Positions 25,856 through 32,000 of a DNA stretch of 32,000 nt are shown here, piece by piece. This stretch comes from Candidatus Heimdallarchaeota archaeon B3_Heim. Its GTDB lineage: Archaea; Asgardarchaeota; Heimdallarchaeia; Hodarchaeales; Hodarchaeaceae. Location: NCBI GenBank assembly GCA_003144275.1, contig NJBF01000021.1, positions 1-32,000 on the forward strand, written 5' to 3'. The stretch's first letter is position 1. Every line of letters starts with the position of its first letter. The notes under the pieces are model-generated. The model made no database searches and was not told the origin of the DNA. It saw nothing but the letters and a program-made list of their open reading frames with translations. A program made the position numbers and the translations under genes.

Positions 25856-28192
25856 TTAGGGTTTTCTCTTTAGATCTGGTTTTGTGTCCTGTTCATTCTC
25901 TGCTTGAAGAGTTTCTGTAATTTTAGAAGGAACAATCCCTGCTGTTACGCTTTTAATGAGAGTAACTTGATCAGCTAGTGTATAACCACATAAGGGACAA
26001 CCAGATTTCCCTGTTATTTCAATTATCGAGCTAAAATCTAATCCACATCCCTTACAACTAAAGGGAAACATAACTAAGTCTCCAGAGCAGTTAGGACAAT
26101 TAGTAGAACCAACTGTGGCTAAATCTACATAATCATGAATACACACAAATCTTTTACACGATTTGCATTGTAGGTAATGTTGATCTGATATCTCTCCGAT
26201 ACAAACTTGACAATTGGTTTCCTTTGGTGGAGTAGGTTCTAACAATAACATATCGGATCTAAGTACAAGGGATTTATTAATTATCCTTAGAGGAGTTAAG
26301 GAAGCTTTGATAGCAGCTGGTAGCTTAAGTTTACGAGTTTCTAACTCTGAAGTTAACGTATCAACATGGATTGCTTTGCCCATTACCAGATCTTGAACCC
26401 ATGTTTGTTGAGGTTTGGGTCGGTAATATTCGACTATGTCCTTAGCTTTTGTTTTTATGTCTCTACCGTACGCATTAGATTTTGCCTTTATCTTGGGAAA
26501 ACTCTTGATGGTACTGAAAATAATGACTCCTACAAATGAAATGACTGCTAATAAAGCGAGAATAATCGTGATTGGATTCGAAAAGAAATTTTTAGGATCA
26601 CTTCCAAATGTAGTCTCAAGATGATCATTGAAAAAATCGTTATCGCTGTCAGGATCACGAGGATTAGTACCAAGTAAAAATTCTTCTCTGTTGGTCAACC
26701 CATCCGAATCTGCGTCGTCTTCACCATCATTAATACCAATGATAAAGTTATGACGATATTCATATATATTAGGTAGACCATCGTTGTCTAAATCGCTATC
26801 TGCGTCATCTTTACCAGCTTCAAGCCCATTTTCATATTCATAAAAATTCGGCATGCCATCCTGATCGGCATCCATGCTTGAATCATTTAATGCAGAATTG
26901 AGATTATTAAGAAATTCATACAGATTAGGCATACCATCTTGATCATTATCAGCACTTGCGTCATTATAGCTCCCATTTAAACCATAGATAAACTCATAAT
27001 TATCTGACATCTGATCTAAATCACTATCAGCTAATTGAGGGTTTGTACCAAATTTAAACTCATTAATATTCGATAAACCATCACCATCGGGGTCGGTAGA
27101 CCAGTCGTCTTCATTAGATGGATATAATCCATTCTCTATTTCCCAAGAATCAGGTAACTGATCTTTATCTAAATCTGTTACATTCCAAAGTCTAACAGTT
27201 TGATCTGCAGATGCTGATGCGAGTAGAGGTTTATTAGGATGGAATTTCACACTTCGGATTGATTGAGTATGACCTGTAAGATTTATGACAAGGGTATCTG
27301 AGATGTCATCCCAGATATTAATATCTCCATCTTGTAAACCGGAGGCTAGATAGTAGCCGTTATAACTATAAGCAACAGATCGAATCCAATCATTCAATGA
27401 TCTTGTAGGGAGTGTTTTAAAACCATAATTTGTTAAATCCCAAGATTCTAGGAGATTATCTTGAGATCCTGATGCCAACTTTGTACCTGTTGGATTAACC
27501 GCTAGTGAAAGAATATTATCAGTATTGTTTGAGATAATTGTTTCTAAGTTTCCTGTTGTTATATTCCATAGAAGGATGCTATCGTCATATGAACCAGAAG
27601 CTAACATCCCATTAGGAAGAAATTGTACAGATCTTACAGCTCCAGTATGACCTGTGAGGTTTAAATAAGAATCCGATGATGCATAGTCCCAGATCCTTAC
27701 AGTTGAGTCACCAGAACCAGAGGCAAGGTATGATCCATCTGGACTAAAATCCAAAGACCAAATGGAATTGGTGTGACCTGTTAGATTATACATTATTTCT
27801 CCCATAGTCAAATTCCAGATGAATATTGTCCGATCAAAAGAACCAGAAGCGAGTACAGGGTCGTAAGGATGAAAAGCTACTGAATAAACCGAATCTAGAT
27901 GACCTGTGAGGTTGCGAAAGAGGGCACCAGAAGTGATATTCCAGACCAAGATTGAGTTATCAGAGGAAGCTGAAGCTAAGAAAGCACCACTTGGTGAAAA
28001 ATCAACATCCCAAACCTCTGATTCATGTCCGGTGAGAGTTTGTACAACGAAATCTCCCTGATTTACTTTTGTTAGGGGTTTAGAATGAAAAAAATCATGC
28101 TCTAAAGTATCTACCATGTTAATTTGACAAATTATTTGGGTTGTTAGTATCAGAGCAAATACTAATACTGGAGCGTATTTCTTGTATTTCAT
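25856..28192 (-). CDS. single-pass membrane protein: signal peptide, 7 WD40 repeats, 8 DxDxDG Ca-binding (TSP3-like) repeats, TM, cytoplasmic Cys-rich Zn fingers
   Basis: 778 aa; seven GH/..LASxSxDxxxxxW[DN] repeats (aa 52-337); DxDxD..E..GxxP repeats (aa 340-533); TM aa 541-561; 5 CxxC pairs plus CxHD (aa 661-735). Confidence 0.85.
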   Translation of the reverse strand: MKYKKYAPVLVFALILTTQIICQINMVDTLEHDFFHSKPLTKVNQGDFVVQTLTGHESEVWDVDFSPSGAFLASASSDNSILVWNITSGALFRNLTGHLDSVYSVAFHPYDPVLASGSFDRTIFIWNLTMGEIMYNLTGHTNSIWSLDFSPDGSYLASGSGDSTVRIWDYASSDSYLNLTGHTGAVRSVQFLPNGMLASGSYDDSILLWNITTGNLETIISNNTDNILSLAVNPTGTKLASGSQDNLLESWDLTNYGFKTLPTRSLNDWIRSVAYSYNGYYLASGLQDGDINIWDDISDTLVINLTGHTQSIRSVKFHPNKPLLASASADQTVRLWNVTDLDKDQLPDSWEIENGLYPSNEDDWSTDPDGDGLSNINEFKFGTNPQLADSDLDQMSDNYEFIYGLNGSYNDASADNDQDGMPNLYEFLNNLNSALNDSSMDADQDGMPNFYEYENGLEAGKDDADSDLDNDGLPNIYEYRHNFIIGINDGEDDADSDGLTNREEFLLGTNPRDPDSDNDFFNDHLETTFGSDPKNFFSNPITIILALLAVISFVGVIIFSTIKSFPKIKAKSNAYGRDIKTKAKDIVEYYRPKPQQTWVQDLVMGKAIHVDTLTSELETRKLKLPAAIKASLTPLRIINKSLVLRSDMLLLEPTPPKETNCQVCIGEISDQHYLQCKSCKRFVCIHDYVDLATVGSTNCPNCSGDLVMFPFSCKGCGLDFSSIIEITGKSGCPLCGYTLADQVTLIKSVTAGIVPSKITETLQAENEQDTKPDLKRKP
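26594..27175 (-). repeat. eight acidic DxDxDG-type Ca-binding coding repeats
   Basis: DLDKDQLPD, DPDGDGLSN, DSDLDQMSD, DNDQDGMPN, DADQDGMPN, DLDNDGLPN, DADSDGLTN, DSDNDFFND. Confidence 0.85.
27182..28039 (-). repeat. seven WD40 coding repeats
   Basis: Protein-level repeats of about 41-43 aa, each with LASxS and W[DN]. Confidence 0.9.
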
Positions 28193-28238
28193 AATAATCC
28201 CAGGAACTATAGATTAATTTGTTTTAGACCAATATCTC

Positions 28239-30005
28239 TTACTTCCTATATCGTTTCCTGAAAAAAATTGCCAATATACTAAGAACAAAGAGTGATAGTA
28301 GTGAATCGGGGAAGGACGCCGATCCTGCTTGACTCCTTGTCCATTCAGCAGTTGCAGTAGTTGTATAATACGGATCATAGAATGTTGTAGGCGTTTCCTC
28401 TGTCAATTGAAGTGTAAATTCCCCAATGTGTTTTGTAGCCCAGACAAGAACTTTGTAGGTTTCGTTGTAAGTTATCTTTAAACTTCCACCAACATTAAAG
28501 GTGGAAACGAGTTCCCAATTACTGGTATAAACTTCTGCTATCAAAACTAAAGGTGAACCTAGTTGATTATCGAAACTGAAATATGTTTCATTGATTGCTT
28601 CCCATTCGAAACCATAAACTCGTATGAGGTCGGTCATGGACCCAATAAATTTGTTGTTTACTGGTTGTTTCATGTTTACCCAGACATAAGAAGCCGTAAA
28701 GTTTTCTAAATCAGATGGTATTGACAATGTAACAGCATGATCACCAGGACCTAAATTAAACTGGAAAATCTTTCGGCCATTCGGAGAACTAAGATTAACT
28801 TCACTAGTTTGAGTTGGAGGGATAGTTGCATTTGTAGCTAGAACTGTTAATTGTGTTGTGATATTGTCAAGTTCTTTTGGGCCTGATAATATGAAATAAT
28901 AGGAGGCCGTGGATGGAATTTTAATATTTGTGTAAATTGTTTTGTTTTCTTCAACCCAAAATGATACTTCTTCCCCAAGTTCATCAAATTTGGGTTCAAC
29001 TATGACCCAAAAAACCGAAGTAAAAGCAGAATTTTTTAGAATATCAGAGCTTTTGACAAAATACGAAAGATTTACTCCTCCTGTAACGTCTTGAAGATTA
29101 AATAGATAATAGGATGTATTTTCGATTGGCGCTAAGATTTCGGACTCCCATGATCCATATGCGTTATAAAAAAGAGTGACAGAATCAATGGGAGACACAT
29201 CATCGACATCTATGAAGAATTCTACTGAAAATAAGCCTAATCCTATAGGTGTAATTGTTTTCGAGATAATAGCTGAGGGTGGAGTAAAATCCAACCAAAA
29301 TGATTCGACTTGAGAATTGTAATAACTGACACCAGAACTATCTTTCCAGAAAACCGTGAGATTGAGGAATTTACTGTACTCACGTCCAAGTTCAAGCGTC
29401 CATTCTTCAATGATTTCAGGGAGATTAATTCCTTCAATTTCCATATCTGGCAAGTAAACGGAGGTTCCATCAGTGTATGCAGCTATCCATTGAAACTGAC
29501 CAACAGTTGCTTGCGATGCTCCTTCACAAATGACTGTACTAATAATTGCACCCTTATTCTTAAGTTCTGTAACTATATTAAGTAGGGCTGATCCATTATA
29601 ATATCCTCTCGGGTCAGATTCAAGAAGTTCGGTTCCTACATATATCCCTGGATCACAGTCTTCGTCTCCCACTAAAATAACTAATTTAGAAGCATCTTCC
29701 CTCCAATTCCAGGTATTAGCGAGATATAATGCATCACCCCAAGGTTCTGTTCCCCCTTCGGCGGTAAGGGAGTTAATTAAAGTCTGAATACTGTCAAAAT
29801 CATCCGTTAGTTCAATATAATTATAAGTATTCTCCGTAGGATATTCGTCATATCGACTCCACCCGAAAACGATAACACCTATGCGAAGATCAGGTATTTC
29901 ACTGGTCAGAACCTCAAAAATCCTTTTTCGAACGTTATGGATTGTACTTCCCGATCTAGCAATCTGCAGTTCTCTACAAATTCCGTCTCTAATAGTGATT
30001 GTCAC
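28239..30005 (-). CDS. vWA-domain surface protein with C-terminal TM and basic tail; 5' end appears truncated
   Basis: DLRIGVIVFG, GGTEPWGDAL, WREDASKLVILVGDE vWA motifs; Ig-like DFTPP segment; ends ASFP-TM-RKRYRK; no signal peptide at the available GTG start. Confidence 0.7.
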   Translation of the reverse strand: MTITIRDGICRELQIARSGSTIHNVRKRIFEVLTSEIPDLRIGVIVFGWSRYDEYPTENTYNYIELTDDFDSIQTLINSLTAEGGTEPWGDALYLANTWNWREDASKLVILVGDEDCDPGIYVGTELLESDPRGYYNGSALLNIVTELKNKGAIISTVICEGASQATVGQFQWIAAYTDGTSVYLPDMEIEGINLPEIIEEWTLELGREYSKFLNLTVFWKDSSGVSYYNSQVESFWLDFTPPSAIISKTITPIGLGLFSVEFFIDVDDVSPIDSVTLFYNAYGSWESEILAPIENTSYYLFNLQDVTGGVNLSYFVKSSDILKNSAFTSVFWVIVEPKFDELGEEVSFWVEENKTIYTNIKIPSTASYYFILSGPKELDNITTQLTVLATNATIPPTQTSEVNLSSPNGRKIFQFNLGPGDHAVTLSIPSDLENFTASYVWVNMKQPVNNKFIGSMTDLIRVYGFEWEAINETYFSFDNQLGSPLVLIAEVYTSNWELVSTFNVGGSLKITYNETYKVLVWATKHIGEFTLQLTEETPTTFYDPYYTTTATAEWTRSQAGSASFPDSLLSLFVLSILAIFFRKRYRK

Positions 30006-30162
30006 TTAAATGGATTAAATGCCAAATTCAATCCACGATAAAATATATCCATAAATGCATTAGGTCTTTTGTTCAGAATTATGAGGATAGGGATTGGCGG
30101 GAACTAAAGATTGTTAAAGAACCTAAATTCTAGTTTTCAGAATCTCTTTTCACATCAATATA

Positions 30163-31278
30163 ATGGTGATTAAACTGGTGAAAGCAATAAAAATTGGTAG
30201 CGCTAAGAGTGAACCTGGAAAATTAACCTATGGATTCATTGACGGTATTGAGCTTCCTACAGGAATTATAGAAAAAATTCCCGTCATGATTGCTCAAGGC
30301 CTCAAGGATGGGCCAACCTTCTTTTTAACAGCAAATGTCCATGGCTTTGAACTTACTGGAGTGGCTGTCATTCATGAATTGGTTACTGAACAACTAGCTC
30401 AAGAATTAAAAGGGACAGTTATCGCAATTCCAACCTTAAATCCTTCAGCTTTTCGTAAGTATCATCACAAGGCTGAATATGACGATAGAGACCCAAATAG
30501 ATTATTTCCAGAAGGAAAATTTAAGGAAAAAGATAGCGATAACGGTGATAAAGAATACCCGAAATTATATGAGCATATAACAAACAAAATTTTCTCAATT
30601 TTTGAAAAATATGCAGATTATCATATTGATTTCCACAATCATTCACTCTTATCAATTCCGTACGCGATCCTGGATCGATTATTCTATAAAGATGAATCCG
30701 AGAAAGAAGCAGCTGAAAAACTCTTTAAACAACAAAAAGAAATGGTTGATTCTTTTGGAATGCTAGTATGTGCCGAATTTCCAGCCAATAAATACTTAAA
30801 AATGAAACTTCACCGATCGGTTTCTGGATCCACATTTAATAGTCTAGGAATACCTGCGTTCACTGCAGAGCTAGGGGAAAATCGGTTTTTAGTTCCTGAG
30901 GTAATTACTGGATCCGTGAAAGGCACAAGGAATGTCTTAAAATGGGCTGGAATGCTTGATGGCCCTATTGAACAAATAACAGAATTTCCAGTACCAAAAC
31001 CACAAGAGCGAGTTAGAAGGTTTGATCATCCACGGGTTAAGAGGTCAGGTATAGTCAGGTTTATTGTAAAAGCAGGAGATTATGTTACTAAGGGACAACC
31101 GATTGCAAAATTTACAGATATTGTCGGTAGGCCTCTAGATGATGGCTACATACGAACTGAATACGATGGGTATATGGTATCACTCCAGACAAAGATGACT
31201 GTTTATCCAAATGATACGATCGCAGAAATGGGAATCAAGGATGAATTCCCTCTGGTCGTACCACTTCCATCCAAGTAA
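30163..31278 (+). CDS. succinylglutamate desuccinylase/aspartoacylase family (M14) metallohydrolase
   Basis: ANVHGFE, DPNRLFP, DFHN, TAELG and a C-terminal biotinyl/lipoyl-like segment (VKAGDYVTKGQPI); alternative GTG 30178 after GGTGA. Confidence 0.85.
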   Translation: MVIKLVKAIKIGSAKSEPGKLTYGFIDGIELPTGIIEKIPVMIAQGLKDGPTFFLTANVHGFELTGVAVIHELVTEQLAQELKGTVIAIPTLNPSAFRKYHHKAEYDDRDPNRLFPEGKFKEKDSDNGDKEYPKLYEHITNKIFSIFEKYADYHIDFHNHSLLSIPYAILDRLFYKDESEKEAAEKLFKQQKEMVDSFGMLVCAEFPANKYLKMKLHRSVSGSTFNSLGIPAFTAELGENRFLVPEVITGSVKGTRNVLKWAGMLDGPIEQITEFPVPKPQERVRRFDHPRVKRSGIVRFIVKAGDYVTKGQPIAKFTDIVGRPLDDGYIRTEYDGYMVSLQTKMTVYPNDTIAEMGIKDEFPLVVPLPSK

Positions 31279-31334
31279 AAATAGATGAAATAGTCAGATA
31301 CAATAAGTCAACTAGAAGTTTAGGATCAATTTTT

Positions 31335-32000
31335 CTATTCAGAATCATTCGTTCCTATTACTCCTTTTTTCATTAACCGTTCTATGTCTTCGTTCATTCC
31401 AATTTCTTCTAAGATCTCTCTAGTATGTTCCCCTAAGCTAGGAGCAACTTGATAATCGTGTGATATTTTAGGATTAAGATATGGAGAAGAAATTAATTTA
31501 ATTGCTCCCAATTCAGGATGATTTGTCTCTGTCAATCTGGCTTTCTTTTGGAAAATAGAATCTAAAGTAAGAACCTCTCCTCCTGGAATATCAAATCTAA
31601 CAAATAGTTTAGTCCAATCATCTGTTGTACGCAAGGAAAAGATTTTGGGGAGTTCCTCCTCACATAATTCTAAATTATGTTGTTTGTCAATTAGATCAGA
31701 ACGATCTACAGCATTACAAAAATTCTTCCAGAATTTGCTTTCAATTGGAGCAAATGAAATGAATTTCTGATCCTTTGCTTGGTAAACACCATACCAAGGG
31801 ATATAGCCTGAAAGAGCATGCAAAGTTCTCTCTGGTTCTCCTAAACCTGCTATATATTCCGCCGCAACAACTGATAGCCATGGAAGAAGGTGCTCAACCA
31901 TTGAAATGTCATAATATTGAGGTACATCTTTCCGTTGGAGTAAGGCCCCTAAAACTGTGATCACGGTCGGTAAGCTTCCTCCACCTATATCAGCAATGGG
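31335..32000 (-). CDS. CaiB/BaiF family III CoA-transferase, C-terminal part (runs off the window)
   Basis: Frame open to 32000 (PIADIGGGSL...); DISMVE, YGVYQAKD, PIESKFW, APSLGEHTREIL. Confidence 0.85.
   Translation of the reverse strand, partial: PIADIGGGSLPTVITVLGALLQRKDVPQYYDISMVEHLLPWLSVVAAEYIAGLGEPERTLHALSGYIPWYGVYQAKDQKFISFAPIESKFWKNFCNAVDRSDLIDKQHNLELCEEELPKIFSLRTTDDWTKLFVRFDIPGGEVLTLDSIFQKKARLTETNHPELGAIKLISSPYLNPKISHDYQVAPSLGEHTREILEEIGMNEDIERLMKKGVIGTNDSE

Noticed and set aside
26594-28039. Periodic DNA similarity (e.g. recurring GACCTGT) as a possible CRISPR or tandem repeat
   Set aside because: Explained by WD40 and DxDxDG protein repeats; no identical repeat-spacer structure
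26214-29585. ORFs 26214-26396, 26436-26624, 29243-29470 and 29310-29585
   Set aside because: Shadow frames of the WD40 and vWA genes
31775-31960. Plus-strand 61 aa ORF
   Set aside because: Antisense to the CoA-transferase
1-32000. tRNA/rRNA genes, transposases, integrases, CRISPR arrays, Sec/Pyl readthrough
   Set aside because: Intergenic gaps are short and AT-rich with no cloverleaf or repeat-spacer pattern; no mobile-element ORF or terminal inverted repeats; no in-frame stop interrupts a recognisable protein

Overview
AT-rich, gene-dense 32 kb chromosomal segment that looks archaeal: GGAGG/GGTGA ribosome-binding sites, TTTAAATA boxes about 30 nt upstream of starts, oligo-T terminators, PGF-like C-terminal sorting signals and many N-x-S/T sequons in secreted domains. 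The gene content (CTERM-anchored surface proteins, WD40 plus DxDxDG-repeat membrane protein with cytoplasmic Zn fingers, bacterial-type TPI) suggests an Asgard archaeon, possibly Heimdallarchaeia; this is inference only. About 28 CDS are supported: two divergent paralogous surface proteins, citF, acnA, DinB, a metal-uptake trio (Cys/His membrane protein, NicO/UreH-type, ZIP), an RCK channel-like protein, tpiA, dodecin, a regulator plus ABC-2 exporter operon, two alpha/beta hydrolases, a PAP2/AUR1-like enzyme, an ACT protein, two tandem 4-Cys paralogs, M20 amidohydrolase plus fused ComDE-like decarboxylase, the WD40 membrane protein, a vWA surface protein, an M14/AstE-like hydrolase and a partial family III CoA-transferase. 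I found no rRNA, tRNA, CRISPR array or mobile element. The best candidate for an undescribed system is the single-pass protein at 25856-28192. It couples a sequon-rich extracellular 7-blade WD40 propeller and Ca-binding repeats to a cytoplasmic RING/PHD-spaced Zn finger plus Zn ribbon, resembling a receptor-type membrane E3 ligase, and lies directly downstream of a vWA surface protein gene. All family calls come from motif recognition by eye; no searches were run.
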